The notes beneath the pieces are model-generated. The model was not told the DNA's origin. It did no database searches and worked only from the letters and a program-made list of their open reading frames with translations. Shown here piece by piece: positions 23,050 to 35,684 of a stretch of 64,000 bases of DNA. Each line of letters starts with the position of its first letter. The first letter of the stretch is position 1. Source of the stretch: Pocillopora damicornis (lineage: Eukaryota); contig NW_020845647.1 of NCBI RefSeq assembly GCF_003704095.1, positions 248,001 to 312,000 of the forward strand. Direction: 5' to 3'. The translations under genes were made by a program, and so were the position numbers.

Positions 23050-23342
23050 CGGTATTAAAAGAATGATTTACCCGTGGGAGGGGAAGGGTCTGTGGGGAAA
23101 TGATCGAAGAGGTTTCCTCCCTTGATAGGGATCTCGACGACTTTCACACCCTGCCATAGGGTCGGGAATTTGACTTGCCGCCATCTTGGATGACCGCGTG
23201 AAACTTGGAAGTCACCTAAAGTCACCATGTAAGGGTGGGGAAATTAACTTTTAAAACCGGGAAATGTAATATTCCCCTAGGGTCGCCCGTCCCCCCTCCC
23301 CGTTCCCTCCATCTTGGAGAAAAATAATGATAGATGCATTAG
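23050..23342. mobile_element. Probable MITE-like interspersed repeat
   Basis: GC-rich island with repeated ggggaa(a)tt(t)gact motifs ending in tgatagatgcatta; the left end is not clear. Confidence 0.35.
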
Positions 23343-26300
23343 TTAGGAACGTACCATCCTATTTCGAAGGGGGTTGAATCCTTTTTGTGCTTAGTATACC
23401 TTATATCCTGTACAAGAACTCTTCCAAACCTTCCCATTTCCCGATTTTCTTTACTCAATAAATGTCAAAACATTTTAACTGTCGCAGAAAAAGTTCCAAC
23501 TTATGGCTCTCCCTTTGTCTCCTAATATCTAAGCACATTCAACTATACAGAGGAAATTACTAAAACGAAGAACGGAGAAAGGCGGGACGGGATATGGGGA
23601 CGGGAAAAAAAAGGTTTTTTTTTTTTTTAAATTAGAAAGAGGCAGTCTTAGAGTGTGCTTTCTTAGTTTCAAACCAGAGTATGAAATCTATTGTTTGGTG
23701 AAGGGACAATTAGCGTCAGCTGAATTTCAAACAACAAAAGACAATTAAAAATCAGAAATATTCTCACGACAATGATAGAACTGAAGTGTGTTTTCCCAAC
23801 TTAAAGATTTAAACGCCGTCTCTTTTGAGTGCTTGTGACAGTAAATTCCTTCTTAACTGAAAATTGGTAATTTCTAAGTGAACTAGTCGCTGTTTTCATA
23901 AATGGCCTCGCAGACGAGGTGACAACCAAAGGTAATGACTATGTAAATTGAGCTATTAAGCAGAACAATTGATCCTGAATCTTGAAAAAAACTACTAATG
24001 AAAAAAAGGTTTTCAAATTCCCTTTGAAAGAAACGATACGGTGAACTAATGGGCTCGTTTGAAGACGCAATGACTCGCTTCCGAAATCGGTTGTAAAGTA
24101 ATTTCAAGGTAGACTTTACATCTTTAGTCCGCCAGCCATGGATCTTATCTGATGCAACTAAAAAATTTACCGCGCTTTTTATGTACAAAGAGCATTTTAC
24201 GCCTTTTATGACTTGATTGGAAAAAAAATGTGTTAAAATTACAAATGTTAAGTGTTAAAATTTCCTTTTTTAAGCCGCTCCTCTGATCTTAAAACAGATT
24301 TTGCTTAATTGGTTTTAAAACCAATACATTCTCAGAAAAGCAATTAATGTTTGAGATGTTCAAGTTTAAAAGGAAATTGCTGGGCGAAAGCGATTTCATT
24401 GTTTTACAGTCGAATTTTTAGCATCAGTAAAATTATTAGAAGTTGAGATATATCTTATGTACAGCTAGTTCATTGTGCTTACTGATGCTAACGTGCTGAG
24501 AACTGAATCAAAACATTTTAACTGATTGTTAGCTGATTTGGGCAATTGCACTAACAAATTTTCGCTGTCTTTCAGTGATATTTTGTAATAAAACTCTTAC
24601 GGAAAAAAGCAGTCCATTTTCTCCTGGTAAAAGAAGTTATTATATTCGTCAACATGGATAATCGAACGCAGAGATGTCTTACTTTACGGACATCAGCTGA
24701 AACAACTATGAAAATTTTGTACTTCAATTGCTGATTTTTCTTTTGGGAACAGTCTCACCATCTGTTAAAAATTTTGCTCCTAAATTTTGAAATATTTAAT
24801 ATTTCAGGTTTTGATCAGGGGTTTCGTCAACATTTCAAATCATAGACAAAACCTTTAATGTCCTGCACTTTTCAAAACGCGTCGTATGAGTTAACTCATA
24901 ATGGCTCTCGAAAATTGCCAACAAATGCCTCATTTAAAAGGACAGCCTTCTCAAAGGGTTCTACTTTTGCGATAACTTATGTCTTAAAAGCTTAATCAGA
25001 GCATTGTTAACACAAAAAATTTACAGAAATTTATTCACGCCTTATTAAAGAATTAGGCCTTGATTTTATGTCGCATGCAAGTTTAATTTAAAGAGCTTTT
25101 CTCCAGTTCAATATACTATATGATGTACAGATGCGTGGATCGATAAACTTCCAATATAATAGTGTGCTGTCGTTGAACAGATAAACCTTCGTATGAAATT
25201 CATCCCGTTTGATGAGCGTTTACGTCCATGTAAACTTTCGTATGTCAAGTTAAATAAACAATTTTAAATGCAAAATCTCTTTTTGTTGAATTTTGCCCTG
25301 CAAAAATCACCATCTGAATAAACCCAAGTGGATTTTGTGGAAAATAAAAGTGAAAGATTCGGCATTTTAATGACTCAGTGAAGTCCATTAGGCCGACCTA
25401 CTCTAAAGTTTTCTGTCAAAGATAAGCTAAGAGATTTTCCTAACGAAAATATTGTGGATTCGATAAGAGAAAGCAACTTGTGCTTTCTTGAATAAATGAA
25501 GGAACGAATTTTAAAATGTACCAATAGCGCGTAGCCTCTGATTATCGGGCTTGTAAAGTGTAATGGGTTTCCCTCTAGCTTGCTATATAGAGATTTGCTT
25601 TGAAAACTAAGCTTCCTATTCAAGTAATATTTTAAATAGAGAGAGCGCGATTCGATGCCACCCTCTAGCTTTAACTGCCGCATTTGGTAATAGGGAGAAT
25701 ATTGCTCATATCTTTCAACTTCCACGTCATTTATCAAAAAGTTTGAGGCGTATATAACAAGCAGGTTGAAAAAAACACAAAACTAGTGTGAACAGCCGTT
25801 GTTGTGTTGGCCTCATCACATGAAAGCTGTGAAACAAACTCTCACCAGAAAAAGTCGCTAAATTGTTAAAGTAAACGAATTTAGTTCTTTAAGGTTGTAG
25901 TGACAAACTGTAAAGCCGGGAGAAGCTCTCTGGGCTGGGAGAAATCTAACGTTTTGTTCAAGCCATATCCCGACCCTCAAGTTTAACCGAAGAAAAAAAA
26001 CATAAAATTTTAAAACTCTACCGAACTTGTAAATTTCGATCTAAACTGAAATGAGAACAGAAGCACAGGACTAGTAAAAGCTATATTTCTGCTTTCTGTT
26101 GAAATGTTCGAAATTGAGGATAGTTGACTCTGGCAACATCGGCAGAAAACCACATTTTAGCATTAATCTTTTAGTTCAGCGAACTTCTGCTGATACAAAA
26201 TAGTCACGAATTTTCTGCGTGGAAATTAAATTGGAATTTTTGCATGCGGCTATTTCGTAAGTACAAATTATATTTACTTAACCTGTTTACCTAATGCGTA

Positions 26301-28747
26301 AATAGAAAGACAGCGTCATTTTCTAAGCCAGCTGTTTCACCCAACAAAGGAGAGCTTCTGAGGAACTTAAGCAAGCATACGTATGTTGACGCAAACGAAA
26401 ACAATAGACTGTTTTGCATCTTCAACTAGAGGTTCCCTTCGATTGCCGCTCAGGCCACATCTTAAGGGATACATTCGCCCTTTTCTCGTTTTATAAATGA
26501 AAGAACAGCTTTCAATGATACATTGAACAATGATAACATGTAGTTTTGTCAATAAATTAGATGGACATAATCTTTTCTTTTACGCAAATTTTCCTCTACT
26601 GGATCATGACGAAAATGTTGATATTCAAGTCCAAACGTTTTTTTGGGGGAATATATTTTTAAGAGATAACATTCATTTTATATAATCTCCAAACAGATCG
26701 ATATGCGCTGATGAATGAAGCCTATCGTACACAATTTGTATTTGCGGCATGCAATATCAATACTGCCAGATGCCTCGATTATACAATTCTTTATCACATT
26801 GAATTTTTATAATTCCAGCGGAAAGGCTAAGCTCGCTTATTTATCTCTTTGTTAATCAGCGTAAAAACTTATCTTTTGCTTTGAAACGGCTAAGAATTAT
26901 AAGAAAGGGGAGTACATTTAGCAATTTCCTGTACGTCTACAAGGAGCAGAGAAGGCTTTTATTGAGACAGCTACCTGCATTGAAACCAATCACTGGTTGG
27001 CGCTTTTAACTTCCGTTCCCAAACTCCACGACGACGTGAAATAAAAGCGAATATACTTATTGCATTTTATTTGCATGTTACACTGACAATAAGTGAAGGC
27101 CGCTCTGTCATTAGAAATAACAAACCCCCTGGATTGATAGGTGCCCAAATCCCTCAATTGTTTCATGAGAATTTTGATCGTCAAAAGCGCGCGCGATATT
27201 TATGACAAGAAAAAAAGTTAAGGAAGCCAAATTTTTTTTCTGAAAAAATACTCTGAGAGAGCGGATATCAAATTTTAGGTCAAATTTGGAAGAAAGAGTC
27301 GTACAGGCGAAGGGAGCAGATATCAATTTCAGTTCGTATATAATTGATTTAAATTTTCCGCAGCTGCAAAACCAACTCGAAGCAATTTTACCTCCAATAC
27401 TTTTCTAGAAACTTCGCATGTTTTCCCCGAATATCAATAATAACGATAATTAAATTCGATTGCATTGCGAGTTCTGATGCCGCTATCGAAAGCTGACACG
27501 ACAAAAACGTAAATTTGGGTATACAAGGGCTGGGGTGGACTCAGATTTCGCACGAAATCCCTCTAAATTAAGTTATAAAAACTCCGCTTACAACATTTCT
27601 CGTTTCTATTTTTGAAGCTGAATACAATTCCACAACCCGATTCGATCGTTTTATACCTCTAGCAGAAATAAACTTAAAAGCATTTCAGTATTAGCTCGGT
27701 CCAAAAAAATTCACCTTGATTATTGAACGAGAAAAAAGAACGATCAATTTAGAGTTTTATGGCTGTTTACTTCAGCTTTCATGGTGTCAAAAAATTACAA
27801 AATTCGCTAATGATCTTGAGAGGAACATCTTCCTCGAAATGCCGCACTCATCTTCAAAAGGAAAAAAAGCGTGGCTCTAAGTGCCATGCTTTTTTCTTCC
27901 ACAAAAATTTTCCACCGATACTCAGCGATATGTGGAAAATTCATGACAACAGAACAAACATTTCCGCGAGGTTTTCGCTGCCGCTGTGTCAAATTTGTGT
28001 TCACACGCACGCTCATTCACACAGTAACAGGTGGTTCAAAATAAATGTAAACTACAATATTTTCATAACTCGCACCGCGGCGATGCTCATTTTTTTCTGC
28101 TCTGGTAATTTTTTTCCTCCTTATTTATTATTTATGCTAAGCGGGTTCGAAAAAAATAACCTGCGTCTTTATTTTGCTTAAAACTTTATCGTGGCAATTC
28201 TTTATTCCCAGTAGAACCATTCGCACACCGAAGGGCAAATTTTGCGGAGGGAACTTAGCATAACACTGTTTTCACTGAATTCGTTATCGTTTCGCCGCTA
28301 AGCAAACGCTTCTTTTAGCAATGCTTATTCCTTACATTTAGATTATCTAAATAAATAAATAAATGTAAACATTCCTGAAAATCGTTTTCATTAAAAAAAT
28401 GTTTCCTACCCGTTGAATTTGAAAAGCAAAAATGCTTCGGAGAGGTACAAAGCTAAATTCGCTAACATTTCAATTTACTTGAGAGTTCTTTCGTTATAAT
28501 GACACTTGGACGTGTCACCAAAGCAGCATTTCCTCAATTCATTACAATAGTGCTTTGTCCCTGCGAGAGCGACAAGGAAAAAGCAAACTTCATTCTTTTG
28601 GCGCGTGTACCACATAAACAAAGAAAAATCATGCAGAAAACAATTTATTAGCGACTCGATGTTAAATGATAGATGCTTATTTAGGGTTCCATGCAATTTT
28701 CTTATTGAACGTTGTATCACTTCTCTTTTAAGATTTCCGAATTCTAA

Positions 28748-29947
28748 TTACACTGAATCTCCCTCTTCTGAAGCCGAGTTTGCCTCCTGAATAACAATCT
28801 GTGGGGTTGTTCCATTACCAAATCTGCTGGTAAAAAATGTCACTACAGATACATCTTCATCGCCTGAAGTCGATCTATGCGTGTAACTGTCCCGTCCTCG
28901 GATGACACAAATGCGAATGAAAATATCCTTGAAAGATTTTCTAAAATCGCTGTTAAAGCTCGAGTAAATAATTGGATTTACGGCCGAGTTCAGCAAAGGT
29001 AATACGTAAACGAAAACGATCGCCACAAATTGTTGTCCTTTCTCAGGAATCTTAAGCAAGCAGTCCCCGCAAAATTGTACTATAAACATTATAATGAAGA
29101 AGGGTAACCAACAAACGATGAAAGTTCCGATGACGATAGCGAGAGTCTTAGTGGCTTTCAGTTCGCGTACGATTGATTTTCGACGTTTACGCTCCGTCCG
29201 TCCAATATTTACGATGCTTTGGCGCGCGTCCTTTCGAATGTCCGCCTCAGATATCTCGCCAGGCTCCATCGCACTCGCTGATTTTAACAGCTGCAGTTTT
29301 TTGGCCTGTGTGAAGGCGACCTTGAAAACCATTGAGTAGTTGATAACGAGAATGGTTAAAGGCAGGAAAAAACCAGCAGTTATGGCGAACAAATAATAAT
29401 AAGGATCCGATTTCTTGCACTCATTCGAAGAAATCGTTTCTGCGTCAGGGGACCAACCCGTGAAAGATAAAGCTGCTATGAGGCCAGAGTAACCCCAGAC
29501 GAAGGTAATGGCGGCAAATCCTCTACTTTTCGTCATAATACTCCTGTAGCTCAGTGGGAAACTTAGCGCTAAGAATCGGTCGATCGAGATAAGGCTTAGG
29601 TTTGTTATGGACGCGCAGGAACACAGTAGGTCCACGAACACCCAAACTTCACAAAGAATCTGACCTAGATCCCAGCACATATAGTTCAGTGTGTGGTGAA
29701 TGCGAAACGGCATGGAAAGAGCGGCGATGAGAACATCTGACACAGCCAAAGAGATGATGAAATAGTTTGTCACCGTGCGAAGCCGCCGATAATGTAAAAT
29801 AGCACCGATCACTAAGCAATTTCCGCAAACATCAAGAATTAGAATGAAAATAACGAAACTCGCCTGGGATATCGTAGAGGCCAGTGTATATGGCGCACTG
29901 TTACTATCACAAGAAATCGAAGCTTTAGTTCCATCTGTACCATTCAT
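28748..29947 (-). CDS. Class A GPCR, biogenic-amine-receptor-like; intronless, 399 aa
   Basis: GN (TM1), LAVSD (TM2), TM3 WVFVDLLCSCASI with Asp3.32 and DRF, RELKATKTLAIVIGTFIVCWLPFF (TM6), NSAVNPIIY (TM7), N-glycosylation site NGT. Confidence 0.93.
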   Translation of the reverse strand: MNGTDGTKASISCDSNSAPYTLASTISQASFVIFILILDVCGNCLVIGAILHYRRLRTVTNYFIISLAVSDVLIAALSMPFRIHHTLNYMCWDLGQILCEVWVFVDLLCSCASITNLSLISIDRFLALSFPLSYRSIMTKSRGFAAITFVWGYSGLIAALSFTGWSPDAETISSNECKKSDPYYYLFAITAGFFLPLTILVINYSMVFKVAFTQAKKLQLLKSASAMEPGEISEADIRKDARQSIVNIGRTERKRRKSIVRELKATKTLAIVIGTFIVCWLPFFIIMFIVQFCGDCLLKIPEKGQQFVAIVFVYVLPLLNSAVNPIIYSSFNSDFRKSFKDIFIRICVIRGRDSYTHRSTSGDEDVSVVTFFTSRFGNGTTPQIVIQEANSASEEGDSV

Positions 29948-32900
29948 GTTGACAACTGGGTATGGTTGTTGAGTAATGCGCTGCGCGCGCTTGTCTACGC
30001 GTATTTATCAGGCTTCTATCAATAACAGACGTTGGCGATAAAACGCGTGTACGAATCAATTGTTGTCGCCAAGTGACGGTGAGGGCACATTGGCAGCGCT
30101 CTTAAGACAAGTAAGGGCGGTGACATCTATGCTCCGATTTGTCTCTCTTCTGACGTGACTATTAATTAGTCCATTTTTTAATTTTTGTATTTAAATTTAT
30201 TTGGGTTGTGGAACCTCCTCGATCAAAAAAAGAGGCTTTTATTAATGAATAAAGATCTTGCTAACACTGTCTTCAATTAGTGGGAGTAACGTGTTCCTCC
30301 TTTGCTTCAATTTCACATAACGAGCTTTCAATGGAGATTGCGGTATATTTCCTTCTCAATTTCGTACTTCTTTGTTAGTAATGATTTTGCTGTTTGAGAT
30401 AAAGCTTGGCTAACCTCGCTGAGTTCTTGTTACCTATCGCAATTTCGAATTAGCGTTGACAATGAAATATATTTGTTTATACCTGCTTGAGTGAGGACCC
30501 ATGAGGCGAAGGAAAAAATAATTTACGTTTGACAAAGATTTCTCCCCGCTGTCTTTCAAGACAGGAAGGGAAATGCAACTTACAAAAGTTGCAATTTTTG
30601 TTTATGGAAGAGTGAGAGTTAAAAATAAAAAATTGCAAGAGAAACAAAACGCATCAATGAATTTCTGACAAGTTCATGAACTAAAATTTTGTGAAATTCA
30701 TTGCGGATTGTTTCAGTACTTCAATGCAAAAGTGCCTCATTTGATCTTCGACTAATTTACAAACAATCCGCTTTCAGACGCAGACATGTAAAATAATAAA
30801 GTTCTTTCACTGACGAGGGAAGTTGTTGAGTAATCCTAATATATGTACTGTTTGCTTTCGTAGAAATATTCCATTTCATTACGAAATATGTTAATCAAAT
30901 ATATCTCAGAGGAAGCGGTCAATATTTAGTTTCTTCGGCGGCTCGTTATTTGCTCGCCACCAAGGCCAACAAAGCCTGTCAATACTTGAAGGAAAGCAAG
31001 TGGAAATTTCGTATTATTTGTGTCTGTTTGTAAAGTGACATTATATCTTGTTTTAATCGATGTGGTTTTAGTTTGGGTTGTACCTGCATAAATCCAGTTT
31101 GCATATATTGACGAGCGAGTAAACTCATATTTCTGAATAAACTTCGTGAATTTCATCAAGATCTCATAATGATTTTTTTCTATTTTACGGAACGAAACCG
31201 ATAATACCATATGTATTTAAGAGCAAATCTCAAGTTTGTATGAAGGGTCGTGAAACTTTTGGAAAGTTCTCGACTTTACGCCGGGTGATGTTAACACCAC
31301 GGATTGTTGCCTTCGAGTAAGTTCAAGCAAGTACATCTGTCTGCTCCAATTCTGGCGCAAAATAGGACCAGAGTAAACAAGTCTGCGGATTGAAATTGAA
31401 AAGACGAAGGAATTATGCATTGTTGTTTAAACCAGACTGGGTGCTGTGTTTGGAACTTGGGGTAAATTTTTGTCCGCACCACGGCGACAATTAAAATGAG
31501 TTTTGTTTTAAAATTGTGGTTTAGAAATCGCCAGATAACAGCGAAAGCAAAACAAAAAAGGAGCGGAAAATAAAGATACTAAGAATCAGATTCTTGATCA
31601 CCAATAACATGGTGGGTATTTCGTGGAATAAATATTTACTGTCTCGCTTATAGCTGATATGTAGATCCAAAATGCGCTACAGTTATTTTAGAGAAGATGC
31701 CTCCAGCAATGCAACTGTGTTTCAGTCGGACGTAGAAACAACATACGTATCAATAATTTGGATTGTTTTTAACAATGTTCCTTCGGGTTTTAAGGCGCGT
31801 AATTGCTCCTCGAAGTGGAAAAAAGCAGCTGTCTCGGTTTGAGTTGAGACAAACGATAATCAAAAGAATACATTGATCGTGCCGGTGCCCAGCAGGAAAG
31901 CTACAACTGGCTGCGCTGCTAAAAACAATAACATTGCAAAAGGAGAAGATAAACCAGGTAAGTGTTTATGATACTACTTGGTGTGTAGCTTCAGACTTCC
32001 ACCACTAGCAGGTTGTGTGGTTTTTTTTTTTTTGACAAGCAGGATGCAGCTCCATTCGGATATCATTACGGCGTCGACGATATTCGATATTAAACATTGA
32101 AGACCAATTTGAGCTGCGGGTAACGCGGCACTCTTCAAGTAGGAATGAATGGAGACATAATTAAGCGCTTTTGCTGTTTAAATTCGAGAAAGCGATTTCA
32201 CGTTTCTTAAAAACGTATTTTCTTTTGGTTTTTGTCTTCAAGAGATAAGATATTATATTATATTGATGCAGACTATGGAGTTATCAATTAAAATACCCAA
32301 AACCTACACGCAAGTCTGCCCTTAATTACGATGATAAATCTACGGGCTTTTTTATTTCCGAAAGTATACCGCGTTTTAGAAAATAGAACCATACAGATAT
32401 GAAGTATGCTTCAGAGTTCAATTTTACTCCTTATTTGGGTGCAAAATTTTGTTGCAAGCAGCTTTATCAGTATGCGTAATGGATCAGTAAAACGGATCAG
32501 GAAAAAAGTTCAGTAGCTGCCAGTTCGAGCCAAAAAACGAAGGAGAAAACACTTTTTAATTGAGATTTAAGATGAAACTTTTTAAAAAATAATGGTACAA
32601 GTTTGGATACAGAGTAAGATTTCTTTTCACAAATATGGTTAAACGGCGCGTTAATTATCATGTTCGCTCGCGAACATGGTAATTAAGGTGGAAAAGACAG
32701 ACAAAAAAAAAAAGTAAAACCGCGATCTTAATATCTGCAACGAAGTCCAGCTGTGATAAAAATTGCCCTATTCTTTATGTTTTGGTTTAACATTTCAAAA
32801 ATGTTTAAAAACCTCGAAGTTTTGACTATTCATGCTAGTTTTTTTCTTTTTTAAGTGCGGTAACACACATTTGCGCCTAAGTTAATTTACGCTGGTTCAG

Positions 32901-34989
32901 CTGCATGCTAGTACTTACCTCAAAATAAGTTTATTCAAGAGTACTATGTAAGCTAATGAACGCACTTATATCTCGAATAGAGCTGATAATGGCAGTGTTC
33001 TTCTAGAAAAAATTCAAATAGATTTAAGTGTTTATTCTTAAGCTGCATTCATCGGCCAATCAGTAAATAAATGCAGAAGGAAAAAATCTTCAACGGCGCT
33101 AATGAGTCTGGCTAACATGTTTCATAACACATTTAAGTATCAAAGCTTTTAATACACGCTTACTGATTCGCTCGAGACATATATGGATAAAACGAAAACT
33201 TCCTGTGAATGGCATTATAATTTTTTTTTTACGGAATTCAACACAGGAAGTTTTTGGAAATTGAGGAAGACTCATTCAGAGAGCTATTAAAGATAAAAGA
33301 TTACGCTTTAAAGTCGTTTGTTGCTTTTGAAATTGAACGGTTGTAATTCGGTTCAGTTTCACTTCCTTTTTCTATTAAAATCAGCATCACTTTCCTCGAT
33401 TATTAGAGCATTAATGCCCATTTTTCCTCGAACAGGAAAGAGCATGATATATTATTTTAAATATTATTTCCCAACTCATCTCGGTTTTCTGCTGTTTGAG
33501 AGAAGGGTACATGTTCATTCATCTTCAATTAACTTAAGCGAACTCCTTCAGAAAAGCTTTTTTTTTTCAATCAGCCCGACGTGAACTTTGAGAAATGTAT
33601 ATTAAACTACGTATTCAGATTATATCAATTGGACAGAGATCTCTGGTATCAATATTAACTCGAACGTTGTAATTAAAGCTCTTCAATCTAGTGCTCCGTT
33701 TCATGTGCATTTCCGAAGTGGCTCTTGAATTATGGTTTGATCAAAAGTCGTTTAAGTCAACAAAGTCGTTTTAAAATAGCAGAACAGGTTCATCGGTAAG
33801 CATTAACTCAAATTTCCACAGACTGCCACCGTTGTACATCAACGCCGGTAGAAAGCCGGTTGCATATAAGTACATACAGGAACTTCAATGAACTTACACA
33901 TACAGAATATGGGAGTTTAGCGTCCTATCGGTTTGACAAATTCAATTAAAGAATAAGTGTTTTATTATCCAGTTTCTCTCTATATTTTGTACTCACGCTA
34001 ACACAACCGTGAAAGTGAACTAATACATCTCATAACGTCACTAAAATTACTTATTTTAGACGTCACGAATTGAAATTAAATGATTAGGCATTTGTTTTTC
34101 TGAAAAAACGCTTAGAATTTAAGATTAAATATGTGAGGGAGAAATACTCATCATGTTAAACTTCATCCACTGCATTAAGTTATTTCTCTCTTTGTTGATG
34201 TACATATCAGTTTCTCATTCTCGTCCATCAACAGACCAGCCATATGAAAATTCTGAAGCTATCTTAAAAATAATCGCCATGAAGACAAAACAAAGCACGC
34301 CTCTGATGAAGCAATTATAATGAAAAAACACAGGACGCTAAGCAATTATTTTTCTTAGTAATGTAGTAAATTTTTTTCTCGAAGTTTCCTCCGGAACCAT
34401 TGCTTTGTATCGGCGAGAAAGTGAGACTGTTCACTTGATTATCGACTAAATTGAGCAGTTCTCCTTTAAACAATCAAACTGCATATCATATTAATTCCTT
34501 TTATTGATTTTTTTCTCTTTCTGGAATCCTTATTTTCTCCTTTTAAGCCCACATATTTATATGAACAGCGTAGTTGTGGGGGCTAAAGATGATCGTTCCC
34601 AGACAAAACAAAGCGTAAATTTAATTGCAATGAAGAAAAAGCTATTGTCGATGAATTAGCACGGAAGTTATATAAAGTTCTAGAAGTTTCTTAATGAACT
34701 GTTGTGACATGCACTGCTCATATGATTGTCAGCTGCAGGTTGATAAGGCTCCATATAAACAAACGCAATAAACTTTGACAAAATGGCAGCTTTAAGATTT
34801 TCAATATGGTAAAGCATACAGTAGCAGATCAACCTGATTATACCTTTCAATAAACGATCCCTTGTTGATAATCGGTAGGTAATTTGACATATAATGCAGA
34901 ATATCTCATTGTTTTGAGAGTTTAATTAACACGGTAGGCGGTACGATATCTTAAACAATTTTTCACTGAATTTCTGACTTAATCACATA

Positions 34990-35400
34990 TGGATATGAGA
35001 GCGATCTTCCCAGTGATTATCACTACTTAAGTAGTCGTAGAAATGAGGCCGGAAAAAATTTAGGCCTGTTCGGGATTTGAACCCCACATGGACTCCGCGT
35101 TACGATACCGGTGCAGTGCTCTGTCAACAAGTCAACTAGGAGCTGGTCACTATGTTTGTTCGTAATAAACCCGATGAATAAATGATTGTGAATATATGAA
35201 AATCATCTTTGTGAACTGCGGATAAAGAAATGAATACGAAAGCGATCTTCGCAGTAACGAATACTGCTTGTAAGCGGTAAAGAAAATAAGGCCGGGAAAT
35301 TATTTTCACTACTGCTTAAGTAGTGTTCATTACTGCGAAGACCGCTTTCATATTCAGTCCTTATCCGCAGTTCACACAGATGATTTTCATTTGTTCACAG
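34990..35400. mobile_element. tRNA-derived SINE-like element with a long internal inverted repeat
   Basis: B-box-like GGTTCAAATCCC on minus at ~35072-35084; ~35187-35270 is the inverted complement of ~35318-35399. Confidence 0.65.
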
Positions 35401-35684
35401 CGGCATTTGATTATATATCTTGAAATCCATCGGGGAACCTTGGAATATATTCTTTTCCTACTCTCAAAGTCTGAACGCTGGAAATGCTAGAAGCTGGCTC
35501 ATCAAAAAGAAAAAAATAAACCTTAACTATCGGCGAATGGCGGAAATTCTTAAGTGATATCTTAAGGGCAGCACCGACAAAAAATTTATATTGTATACGA
35601 AATAAACCTTTTTATACCACAATCTTCGTGTCCAGCGGAAATAGTTCTAAATGTGAAAAGCCTGGTAACTAGTTAGATTTCAAC

